Positions 27,707 to 36,764 of a DNA stretch of 64,000 nt are shown piece after piece. Position 1 is the stretch's first letter; each line of letters begins with the position of its first letter. Below the pieces are notes generated by a model. It worked only from the letters and a program-made list of their open reading frames with translations. It had not been told where the DNA came from and searched no databases. This DNA comes from Clostridiales bacterium (GTDB lineage: Bacteria > Bacillota > Clostridia > Lachnospirales > Lachnospiraceae): the NCBI GenBank assembly GCA_012520655.1, contig JAAYNW010000032.1, positions 25,899 through 89,898 of the forward strand. Reading direction: 5' to 3'. The position numbers and the translations under genes were made by a program.

Positions 27707-29338
27707 CTAATGAAACAGCGCAACGGCATATGGGGGCAAGGTTACTTCCTCTCCGTTCATCTTTATCTGTTCAGTGCCGGTAAGCAATAAACCTTCCAAA
27801 GAATCTGCTCCGTCTATCTCCTTGCCGTTTACAGTAACCCCGCTTAAATCAGCTTTCCGCTCGTCTTTAGAAACATTCATAACGAGTAGAACTTCCGAAC
27901 TCTCATATACTTTCTTTATTACACATATGTTGTCATCCGAAGCACCCTCTATATAGCTTACTTTTCCTCGTGCGATTTCAGGATAAACATTGCGTAACCT
28001 TATAGCTTCTTTATAGTAATTATATATGGACCACTTATCTTCTCTCTGCTCCTCCAGACTGTCATACTTCATCTTTACCATTTCCATATCTATGGGGCCG
28101 TCGCACATACCTTCTTTTTGGCTGTCCTTACTCCAATACATGGGCGCTCTCTTGTTTTCATCCCTTCCCGCGCCTTTCATTCCCAACTCTTCACCATAAT
28201 ACAGAAAGCAGCAGCCATTCATCATCAGGTTCATCGCTCCCGCTATTTTGGTCTGTCTTTCCGAATCTTTTCCGGAATAATAGCCCGCACTTCTTCCCAA
28301 ATCATGATTCGTGTAAAAAGGTGCATCGATATAATCGGGATTATACCCGGAGAACTTCTCATCCAATGTCTGCAGTGCTTTTCCAAAACCGCTTGCCGGT
28401 TTGCTCCCCTTTACCACACTCGCTATGATTCCCGAACTGTCCGCAAAATCAAAATCGAAAACACTGTCTATACCGCTTCCATAATATTGAGCATAGGTGT
28501 CCATATCTGTCCATACCTCTGCCACGATATAGGCGTCCTCCTTCTTTTCCTTTACCATACTATTAAACCATGAAAGGAAGTCGATATTGGCATCCACCGT
28601 TCCCGAATAATATTCCTTTGCCGCATCCAACCTGAATCCGTCAATTCCTTTTGCCAGCCAAAAATCGACGATATCCTCTATTTCTCCTCTTACCGCTTCG
28701 TTACCCACATTCAGATCCGGCATTCCGCTCCAAAACTGCGCTTCATAATACCATTCCGTTCCCTCCAGCCGGGAATAGCCTGCCCCTCCCTCTTTTGTAA
28801 AATTATAATATCCGTAATATGGACATTCCTGCACCGAAGGTTCTTTATCCCCCAATCCTTTCAGATATTCGCATGCCTCAACAAACCACGGATGCGAAGA
28901 AGAAGTGTGATTAAGCACAAAATCAATAATGACATGCACATCTCTTTCTTTGCATGCCGCCATAAAGGCCTCAAAATCCTCCATTGTTCCGTATTCCGCA
29001 TCTATTGCATAAAAGTCGGTCACATCATACTTATGGTAGGTAGGTGACGGCATGATCGGCATCAACCAGATACCATTACATCCCAAGTCCGTATCGGTAG
29101 AAGCATCTCCGTCATTGATATAATCGAGTTTCTCCGTCAGGCCCTTCAAATCTCCGACACCATCGCCATTCCCATCATAGAAGGAATAAACAAATACTTC
29201 GTAAAAAGTACGGTATTTGTCATCGGGAATATTTAAATCCTGTTTGCTGACTTCAATGTTTTCGCCCGTCTTGCATCCCGAAAGCAATCCCATGCACAAG
29301 CAGGCAGTTAAAAAAACGCTAATTCCTCTTTTTTTCAT
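27707..29338 (-). CDS. GH13 alpha-amylase-family lipoprotein
   Basis: Lipobox LLSGC; YHKYDVTDF, DFVLNH, GFRLDAAK (nucleophile), AEVW (acid/base) and NHD. Confidence 0.92.
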   Translation of the reverse strand: MKKRGISVFLTACLCMGLLSGCKTGENIEVSKQDLNIPDDKYRTFYEVFVYSFYDGNGDGVGDLKGLTEKLDYINDGDASTDTDLGCNGIWLMPIMPSPTYHKYDVTDFYAIDAEYGTMEDFEAFMAACKERDVHVIIDFVLNHTSSSHPWFVEACEYLKGLGDKEPSVQECPYYGYYNFTKEGGAGYSRLEGTEWYYEAQFWSGMPDLNVGNEAVRGEIEDIVDFWLAKGIDGFRLDAAKEYYSGTVDANIDFLSWFNSMVKEKKEDAYIVAEVWTDMDTYAQYYGSGIDSVFDFDFADSSGIIASVVKGSKPASGFGKALQTLDEKFSGYNPDYIDAPFYTNHDLGRSAGYYSGKDSERQTKIAGAMNLMMNGCCFLYYGEELGMKGAGRDENKRAPMYWSKDSQKEGMCDGPIDMEMVKMKYDSLEEQREDKWSIYNYYKEAIRLRNVYPEIARGKVSYIEGASDDNICVIKKVYESSEVLLVMNVSKDERKADLSGVTVNGKEIDGADSLEGLLLTGTEQIKMNGEEVTLPPYAVALFH

Positions 29339-29342
29339 AACA

Positions 29343-30218
29343 TTATCCCTTTACCGCACCGGACATACCGCTCGAATAGAATCTCTGGGTTATCACAAAC
29401 AATATTGCAATTGGAATAGAAATACACACACTTCCTGCCGCAAACGCCGTATACCAGTTATCGATATACTCCTTTTCAAGCATCTTCCAGAGACCCAGCG
29501 CTACCGTATAATAATCGGCATTAGCTCTGCAGATAACCCTTGCAAAGATGAAATCCACCCATGGAGCAATAAACGTGGTAATAATCGTATATACAATAAT
29601 CGGTTTGCTAAGTGGAACTGTAATCTTTGTAAATACCTGAAATTTAGTTGCACCGTCCAAAAATGCCGCTTCATCCAGCACCTTGGGAATCGTATCGAAA
29701 AAGCCCTTCGCTATATAGAATTCGATGCCCGCACCGCCCGAATAAACGAGAATGAGCGCAACACGAATCATCGCTCCTTCCGATAATCCCATAGCCTTTA
29801 AAATATAGTAGACCGCTATCATAGACATAAAAGCAGGAAACAGCTTAAGCACGAGCGCCACGTTCATAAAGGGTTTACGCGCTCTAAACTTAAGTCTTGA
29901 CATACAATAGGATACTGCCAATACAAAAAACGTAGAGATAATGCACGAGCATACCGCAATAATTAATGTATTCGTAAACATTCTCGGGAAATTCAGCACG
30001 CTTGTTTCCGTAAAAAGCTTTATATAATTATTGACCGTGTATGTTTTAGGAAAAAAGGTCGACATATAAGATCCTTTTTCTCCTCGAAAGCTCGTAAGTA
30101 TTACCCAGAATATAGGAAATAGCCATATAACAGACAATACCGCCAGGCACACATGGACAAAAAAATTCGTTATTGCTATCCTCGCTCTTACCGGAACAGC
30201 TTCTTTCTTTTTCATCAT
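29343..30218 (-). CDS. malG: Maltodextrin ABC permease (MalG/MalD type)
   Basis: EAAFLDGA EAA loop, six transmembrane segments, ends in GAVKG. Confidence 0.85.
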   Translation of the reverse strand: MMKKKEAVPVRARIAITNFFVHVCLAVLSVIWLFPIFWVILTSFRGEKGSYMSTFFPKTYTVNNYIKLFTETSVLNFPRMFTNTLIIAVCSCIISTFFVLAVSYCMSRLKFRARKPFMNVALVLKLFPAFMSMIAVYYILKAMGLSEGAMIRVALILVYSGGAGIEFYIAKGFFDTIPKVLDEAAFLDGATKFQVFTKITVPLSKPIIVYTIITTFIAPWVDFIFARVICRANADYYTVALGLWKMLEKEYIDNWYTAFAAGSVCISIPIAILFVITQRFYSSGMSGAVKG

Positions 30219-31588
30219 TGAAATCCCTCCTCATCCTTATAAGAACCTGTATTTCTGTACGTTACGATTGCAATAATAGCAAGGACCGTAAAGGTCATAA
30301 TACCGATGACGGCACCGAGATTAAAGTACTGCTGATCAATCGTCAGTTTGTACAGCCAGGTAATCAGAAGATCCGTTTTGCCCGCAGTGGAACCGACGGG
30401 TGTCGGATGTCCCTGAGAAAGAAGATAAATGACATTGAAGTTATTTACATTGCCGGTAAATTGCATGATCAGATAGGGCGTTGTTACGAACAGCATATAC
30501 GGTAATGTTATTTTAAAGAAAATATCGAATACATTAGCTCCGTCAACTCTTGCCGATTCATAAAGCTCTCCCGGTATGTTCTGAAGAATTCCCGTAACCT
30601 GCATTAGAGTATATGGAATACCTATCCACAAATTAATTACGATGACGGTCACTCTCGCCCACATCGTATTGGTAAAGAACGGCAGGGCTGTGTCTATGAG
30701 TCCTATATTCTTAAGCATAGTGTTTACCGCACCCTCCGGTTGCAGCATCGTTCTCATGATAAGGAGGGAAACGAATTGAGGAATGGCGATGGAGAGAACA
30801 AAGCAGAATCTCCAAAGACCTTTTAATTTTGTATCTTTTCTGTTAATGACAATCGCAAGTATCATGCCGAGCACGTAATTTAACCCTGTAGCGAATATTG
30901 CCCATATAATCGTCCAGGCCAATACGGACCAGAAGGTTTGCCCTATGGAGTCGTGAAAGCTGAGTACTTTTGCGAAGTTGGCAAGACCTACCCAATCGAA
31001 CAAAACCAGGTGATCATCGTATTTCGAATAATTGGTAAACGCCATAGTAATCATAAAAATAAGCGGAAGTATGGTAAACAGCAATATCCCCATGACCGGA
31101 GGTGTCATTAACAATATATGTAAATTTTGATTAAACAAATCTTTGATGTCGTCTTTAAATGAACTGATGTGCTTACCTGTTTTACTAAGAACTTCTGCTT
31201 TGTAAGCACTGCGTAGCGAAGCTACCCAGAGTAAAACAAATCCTGCCGTAATGGACAATGTCAACACCCCGTATAGCAAAATTAACAGTGAATTGTCCCC
31301 GGCAATATATTCGTAAATACCCTTTTTTTCATTCCATATTTCCTGCTGTGCCTGTGTGCCTAAAGAAGGCAGCATTTCCAAGTTATGTAGACCATTTTGA
31401 AACATGAACAAAATGTAATTAATTTCAATTATAAGAAACAAAAATCCCTTTACTATCTGTCCGTGCGCAATGTTTCCCGCTCCCATAAACAGCATAGACA
31501 GCTTTGTTATCAAATCACCTTTCTTTACCGCATTGCCTATCGTGTAAGGCGATGCAAACTCGTTCACTCTCTTTTTCCTTTTTCCCAT
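30215..31588 (-). CDS. malF: Maltodextrin ABC permease (MalF/MalC type)
   Basis: ELYESARVDGA, FAFTNY-like MAFTNY and TDLLITWLYKLT motifs. Confidence 0.85.
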   Translation of the reverse strand: MGKRKKRVNEFASPYTIGNAVKKGDLITKLSMLFMGAGNIAHGQIVKGFLFLIIEINYILFMFQNGLHNLEMLPSLGTQAQQEIWNEKKGIYEYIAGDNSLLILLYGVLTLSITAGFVLLWVASLRSAYKAEVLSKTGKHISSFKDDIKDLFNQNLHILLMTPPVMGILLFTILPLIFMITMAFTNYSKYDDHLVLFDWVGLANFAKVLSFHDSIGQTFWSVLAWTIIWAIFATGLNYVLGMILAIVINRKDTKLKGLWRFCFVLSIAIPQFVSLLIMRTMLQPEGAVNTMLKNIGLIDTALPFFTNTMWARVTVIVINLWIGIPYTLMQVTGILQNIPGELYESARVDGANVFDIFFKITLPYMLFVTTPYLIMQFTGNVNNFNVIYLLSQGHPTPVGSTAGKTDLLITWLYKLTIDQQYFNLGAVIGIMTFTVLAIIAIVTYRNTGSYKDEEGFQ

Positions 31589-31614
31589 GCCGTAACCTCC
31601 TGAAGCGAAAGATA

Positions 31615-31651
31615 CTCCAAGGTGCCCGTAACAATACGGACACCTTAGGAG
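31615..31651. terminator. Intercistronic hairpin after the binding-protein gene (partial terminator or mRNA stabiliser)
   Basis: CTCCAAGGTG-CCCGTA-ACAA-TACGGA-CACCTTAGGAG imperfect inverted repeat. Confidence 0.6.
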
Positions 31652-31707
31652 CTATCACTTTTTTTGTGAAATTATTTATTTCCTCGGAAACTTATCTCTG
31701 CCGCCAT

Positions 31708-33012
31708 CTATTGTTCCACTACGGATGTATTCAGAGTCTCATTGAGAGCTTCGGTTTTTTCTGCAGCATTTGCATGCGTCACTTCCTTATTAACAAATGC
31801 TTTACCCATATTCTCCGCAGGTGTCCAATAGTTACCCATTGCTGCTACGAATGGCTGAATAATAGCAGTGTTATCGAAAGTTGCATTCTGAGCCACAACG
31901 AGTGCATCGTTCTGGAGTGCGGGATCTGCAAGTAATTCAGTATTGCAGGGTACGATATTTCTCATCTCATAATGTGCCTTCTGTGCTTCCGCGCTTCCTA
32001 AATAGCTTGCAAGAGCGACTGCGACCTGCATGTTTTCACAGTTCGGGTTAACGCCAATCGCTTTAGATCCGGCAAATGCCATCATCTGTTTGTCTTCACC
32101 GTTAATTGTAATCGTAGGAAGTTCCCTTGCTCCGAAGTTATCGCCGAGCGCTTCTTTTACCGCTGAAAAGTCCCATGAACCTGAGAAAATTGCGGAAATA
32201 CTTCCATCACGTAAGCCCGCAAGCCCTGCTCCGTCAGCATCATTTACAAAGTTCGGGTTAGCTGCCAAATCCACAAGGTATTCGGTTACCGCAGTCGCTT
32301 TGTCGCCGCTAAAATCGATTCCCTGTGCTTCATCATTGCTGTTGCCGAACAGAGTACATCCGTTAGCTATATAGAAGGAAGCGATATACCATGAATTCGT
32401 AAGGGGAAATGCAACTTTGCCTTTTGCGAGCATTGTATCTAAGTTAGAAGCTTCTTCTTCTGAGAATACGCTCTTATCATAGTACATAAACCAAGTATTT
32501 GTTGTAAAAGGAACACCGTAAACAGCCCCGTCAACAGATACGGAATCTACGATTGCTTCGGAGTTTGTGCTCTTAACATAGCTTTCTGTCTCACCGCCTA
32601 ATCTTGCGATAGCATTAGATGCAATCAATTCCGTAAGGTTATCATTTGCAAACATATATACATCCGCTGCCGCTTCCACGTCCTGCGTTACGGTTGCCTT
32701 TGCATCACCTTCCGCACATACACCATAATTAAAGGTTATATCCCAATTCGGATGTAAAGCTGAGAACTGTTCACACATAGTAGGAAGCCAATTTCCATTT
32801 TCAGCCGCCTGATCTTCGGAGGGTCCCCATACAGTAAGTTCACATGTAAGCGCTTCTTCCTCTTCTGCAGATGTTGCTTCCTCTGCCTCTTCTGCGTCCG
32901 CTTCCGTCGTTTCCGCAGGAGCCTCCGTCGTTGTAGCCGCTTGGCTTCCACAGCCTGCCAAAGATGCCACCATTGCTGCCGTCATGAATAATGCCAACAT
33001 TTTCTTTTTCAT
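31708..33012 (-). CDS. malE: Maltooligosaccharide-binding lipoprotein (MalE/MalX type)
   Basis: Lipobox SLAGC, acidic T/A/E-rich linker, SBP_bac_1-type body (AADVYMFANDN, YGVPFT, FSGSW). Confidence 0.85.
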   Translation of the reverse strand: MKKKMLALFMTAAMVASLAGCGSQAATTTEAPAETTEADAEEAEEATSAEEEEALTCELTVWGPSEDQAAENGNWLPTMCEQFSALHPNWDITFNYGVCAEGDAKATVTQDVEAAADVYMFANDNLTELIASNAIARLGGETESYVKSTNSEAIVDSVSVDGAVYGVPFTTNTWFMYYDKSVFSEEEASNLDTMLAKGKVAFPLTNSWYIASFYIANGCTLFGNSNDEAQGIDFSGDKATAVTEYLVDLAANPNFVNDADGAGLAGLRDGSISAIFSGSWDFSAVKEALGDNFGARELPTITINGEDKQMMAFAGSKAIGVNPNCENMQVAVALASYLGSAEAQKAHYEMRNIVPCNTELLADPALQNDALVVAQNATFDNTAIIQPFVAAMGNYWTPAENMGKAFVNKEVTHANAAEKTEALNETLNTSVVEQ

Positions 33013-33103
33013 TAATTTCCTCTCCTTTTCACTTTGAACTTGTTTGCTTCAGGATTTTCATCCTTATATATAAAATGTGTTTTCACATTCTATACCAGAT
33101 TTT

Positions 33104-34609
33104 CTAACGCCTGTATATGGTTGACATAGTTCTTATCCACGTACGCCTGTCTTCGCTCAGGCAGTCATGCCATACTCTCCAACGCCAGTTACTTCCTACC
33201 GTAGACGGAAGATTCATTCTCGCTTCATTTCCCAATTTGAGAATATCCTGCATCTGCAAAATTACTACATCCGCAATGCATGAATAAGCAAGCCTGATAA
33301 TAGCATCCGGAATCTCATCCTTAGAATCTATATTTAAATATTCGTATAAAAACGCCAACTCGTACTCTGTCTTATCTCTATAGCATCCTACAATCGTTTC
33401 ATTGTCGTGGGTTCCCGCATATACAACGGTATTACAATCTATGTAATTGTGAGGAAGGTATTCCGACGAGACGTCCCCGCCAAAAGCGAACAGCAATACC
33501 TTCATCCCGGGCCACCCCATTTTCTCCCTCATTTTCTTTGCTACCGGCACATAGGCTCCTAAATCCTCCACCATAATCTTGCACTCGTCCGTTTCTTCCT
33601 CTAAAATACGCAAAACACTTTTTCCCGGACCTTTTTCCCATTTTCCGTCTTTCACACCGCCCTTTTCGGCCGGTATGCTGTAATATTTAAATAAACCGCT
33701 GAAATTATCTATTCGTACGGCATCATACAGTTTGGAATTCTCCCTCATCCGCATGCGCCACCAACTAAAATCTTCCTTTTCTATCCTTTTCCAGTCGTAT
33801 AGCGGATTCCCCCACTTCTGACCGGCTGCCGAGTAAGCGTCAGGCGGACATCCTGCCACTCTCGACGGTTTACCATCTTCACCTAATTGGAACAGTTCCC
33901 TGTGACTCCATACGTCTGCGCTGTCAAGTGCCACATAAAGCGGAACATCTCCTATAACTTCAATTCCTCTGCTATTCGCATATTTTTTTAACTTGCTCCA
34001 TTGATAATAAAATTTATATTGGCAGAACTTCCAGAATCCTAACTTTTCTTTATTGTTACTCTTATAATCTGAAATAGCTTTATCCTCACGCTCTCTAAGC
34101 TCTCTGCTGAAATTCAGCCATTCCTTGCCGTTTGATTCCGTCTTTATTGCCATAAAAAGACTATAATCTTCCAGCCAATCTTTTTTATCTTCACAAAAGG
34201 CAAGGAAATCCTCACTCCTTCTGTTAAAACGCTCATACGCTTTTTCTAACACCCGGAATCTATTCGCATACAGAACCGCATAATTGATGTCTTGCCCGTC
34301 GCTGCCCCAGTTAAAGCTTGCGATTTCTTCTTTTTTTAGTAGTCCGTCTCTCACTAAGTCATCCAGATCAATCATATATGGATTGCCTGCAAATGCTGAA
34401 AACGCCTGATATGGGCTATCTCCAAAGCTCGTCGGTCCGATCGGAAGCACCTGCCAATAACGCTGTCGCAAATCCATCAATAAATCCACAAAGCGAAAAG
34501 CTTCTTCACCCAGAGTACCTATTCCATAAGCAGAAGGCAGACTTGTAATTGATAACAGAATTCCTGCTCCTCTGGTAAATCTCTTTTTACTCACTGTTTT
34601 CGCCTCCAT
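33104..34609 (-). CDS. malQ: 4-alpha-glucanotransferase (GH77 amylomaltase)
   Basis: GILLSITSLP, WQVLPIGP, GQKWGNPLYDW, RID, EDLG, GTHDN and RMNLPST motifs. Confidence 0.93.
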   Translation of the reverse strand: MEAKTVSKKRFTRGAGILLSITSLPSAYGIGTLGEEAFRFVDLLMDLRQRYWQVLPIGPTSFGDSPYQAFSAFAGNPYMIDLDDLVRDGLLKKEEIASFNWGSDGQDINYAVLYANRFRVLEKAYERFNRRSEDFLAFCEDKKDWLEDYSLFMAIKTESNGKEWLNFSRELREREDKAISDYKSNNKEKLGFWKFCQYKFYYQWSKLKKYANSRGIEVIGDVPLYVALDSADVWSHRELFQLGEDGKPSRVAGCPPDAYSAAGQKWGNPLYDWKRIEKEDFSWWRMRMRENSKLYDAVRIDNFSGLFKYYSIPAEKGGVKDGKWEKGPGKSVLRILEEETDECKIMVEDLGAYVPVAKKMREKMGWPGMKVLLFAFGGDVSSEYLPHNYIDCNTVVYAGTHDNETIVGCYRDKTEYELAFLYEYLNIDSKDEIPDAIIRLAYSCIADVVILQMQDILKLGNEARMNLPSTVGSNWRWRVWHDCLSEDRRTWIRTMSTIYRR

Positions 34610-34933
34610 CGCCTGTACGTATACTCTTTTGCTTTTTTCGTAAATTTTCGTATCTGTTATAAATTTATCATCTATATATCGGATTTGTCAATAATAATAG
34701 GAATTATATAATTATATTTGACGTTTTTACCTAATTTTAATTCCAATTTTTGTTAAGTATTTTATTCTATTTGAGAAAATATTCGAAAATACAAAATATA
34801 TTATAACTTGAAATCATTTTGCTTTGCTTATATACTGTCTATAGGAATCTATGAATATGAAAATCAAAAACGAATTAAAAAGAATGGTTCAGAATAAAAA
34901 ACAAAAGGCGACAGAACGCAGAAAAGGAATCAC

Positions 34934-35944
34934 ATGGCAACTATTAAAGATATTGCAAATAAACTCGGAATATCCGTCAGCACCGTGTCCAAAGGTTTAA
35001 ACGGAGCGAGCGATATAAGCGAAGCATTACGTCAGACTGTACTCGATACGGCCGTCGAACTCGGATATACCACTAAGAAAATGAAAAAAGAAGAGCACAA
35101 AAAGCTATGTATTTTTATAGAAAATATGGATTATGAGACGAACAACCAGTTCGGCTATGAAATTATTTTAGGTTTTAAACAGGCAGCATACAGGGATAAA
35201 TGGGATATAAACGTACTCCCTATCAATCCAACCTTTCAGATGCAGGAAAAATATGACACATACATGTTGAAAAACGGATACCGAGGTGCTTTTCTCCTCG
35301 GATTTGCTTTACAGGATAATTGGATGAGTCAGTTAACCTCCACTACGATTCCTACAGTTCTATTCGATAACTATATAAGGAAAAACCCTAATGTAGCATA
35401 TATAGGAACAGATAGCTTTGAAGGCATTGATATCGCTATGGAACATCTGGTTTCCTTAGGTCATAAAAAAATTGCCTTTTTAAACGGTTCTCCCAACTCA
35501 ATGATTTCGGAGCAGCGTATGCAGGCGTACATGGACAGCCTTTCCTCCCATAACCTGGAGTTTAACGAAAAGCTGACCGCATACGGCTATTATGTTGCCG
35601 AAAGTGCAAAATATCACATCCCCTCTTTTCTTGCAGAGGGAGCCACTGCCATCCTGTGCGGAAATGATTTGATCGCTTCCGGCGTTATCATAGAGTGTAA
35701 GCTACACGGTTTCCGGGTTCCCGAAGATATCAGCGTCATAGGCTTCGATGATCTTCCTATCTCCGCTCACCTGGATCCTCCACTTACCACAATACGTCAG
35801 AACCGTGTAGAGCTTGGAAAATGCGGCTACTTCGCATTGAATAGTCTGATTAATCACGTTTCCATCAGCCGTACCATGCTACACGCACAATATATAGAGA
35901 GAGCTTCCACAGCCCCTGCGAAGGAGCATAATAAGTCGACTTAA
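34934..35944 (+). CDS. LacI family transcriptional regulator
   Basis: MATIKDIANKLGISVSTVSKGLN HTH; VPEDISVIGFDD and PPLTTIRQ motifs. Divergent from malQ. Confidence 0.95.
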   Translation: MATIKDIANKLGISVSTVSKGLNGASDISEALRQTVLDTAVELGYTTKKMKKEEHKKLCIFIENMDYETNNQFGYEIILGFKQAAYRDKWDINVLPINPTFQMQEKYDTYMLKNGYRGAFLLGFALQDNWMSQLTSTTIPTVLFDNYIRKNPNVAYIGTDSFEGIDIAMEHLVSLGHKKIAFLNGSPNSMISEQRMQAYMDSLSSHNLEFNEKLTAYGYYVAESAKYHIPSFLAEGATAILCGNDLIASGVIIECKLHGFRVPEDISVIGFDDLPISAHLDPPLTTIRQNRVELGKCGYFALNSLINHVSISRTMLHAQYIERASTAPAKEHNKST

Positions 35945-35974
35945 TTTTTCGACATATTTTATGTAAAAATCTTC

Positions 35975-36003
35975 TTGCTATCAAATAACCTCTATGCTAT
36001 AAT
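35975..36003 (+). promoter_or_regulatory. Promoter of tRNA-Trp
   Basis: TTGCTA, 17 nt, extended -10 TG-C-TATAAT. Confidence 0.7.
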
Positions 36004-36030
36004 ATGATTCGGCGGTTAAAAAACGCTCAT

Positions 36031-36101
36031 AGGGGCATAGTTCAAAGGTAGAACAGTGGTCTCCAAAACCATCGATGTGGGTTCGATTCCTACTGCCCCT
36101 G
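36031..36101 (+). tRNA. tRNA-Trp (CCA)
   Basis: AGGGGCATAGTTCAAAGGTAGAACAGTGGTCTCCAAAACCATCGATGTGGGTTCGATTCCTACTGCCCCTG; anticodon loop CT-CCA-AA. Confidence 0.95.
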
Positions 36102-36111
36102 TAACCCGATG

Positions 36112-36145
36112 AAAGCTCAGAAATTTATTGATTTCTGGGTTTTTT
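36112..36145 (+). terminator. Terminator after tRNA-Trp
   Basis: AAAGCTCAGAAAT...ATTTCTGGGTTTT followed by a T tract. Confidence 0.65.
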
Positions 36146-36183
36146 GTTTTTTATGGCAAGTTTTGAAAGGATAGAATAGAAAA

Positions 36184-36702
36184 ATGAAAAAAAAGTTAAA
36201 AACACTAAGTCCTGCCCTCGTTATTTTTCCGATTATGGCAATACTTATTTTTCTCGATCAGATAACAAAGCTTCTCGCTGTCAGCCGTTTGAAGGGACAA
36301 GCAGACTATGCTCTCATCTCCGGCATATTGGAATTTTCTTATTTGGAAAATACAGGCGCGGCTTTCAGTTCTTTTCTGGGCAGACAAGGCTTTCTCATCA
36401 CCCTTACTTCGCTTGTTATGCTCTTTCTTGTCTGGAAATATTTTCAGATTCCGCAAGGAAAAAGATTCCACCTCATGCGCACCGCTTTTCTCCTTATCAT
36501 AAGTGGCGGCATAGGTAACTTGATAGACCGGGTTAAGAATGGTTATGTTGTGGACTTTATCTACTTTGTTCCCATCAATTTTCCCAAATTCAACGTGGCT
36601 GACTGTTATGTGAGCGTCGGCATGGCTCTGCTCTGCATCATCTGCTTTTTTTATTATAAGGATGAAGAGCTTGGCTTTTTATTCGGCAAAAAATCGAAAT
36701 AA
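36184..36702 (+). CDS. lspA: Lipoprotein signal peptidase II
   Basis: DQITK, ENTGAAFS, GNLIDRV..GYVVDFI and FNVAD motifs. Confidence 0.95.
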   Translation: MKKKLKTLSPALVIFPIMAILIFLDQITKLLAVSRLKGQADYALISGILEFSYLENTGAAFSSFLGRQGFLITLTSLVMLFLVWKYFQIPQGKRFHLMRTAFLLIISGGIGNLIDRVKNGYVVDFIYFVPINFPKFNVADCYVSVGMALLCIICFFYYKDEELGFLFGKKSK

Positions 36703-36764
36703 ACATTCTTCTATTTCGATTTTGCCGAAAATAACGTGCGGAAAGCAAAATTAAATCCTCTTTC

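Noticed and set aside
33132-33141. TTATCCAC DnaA-box-like 8-mer
   Set aside because: A single imperfect copy inside the malQ 3' end, with no clustering or origin context.
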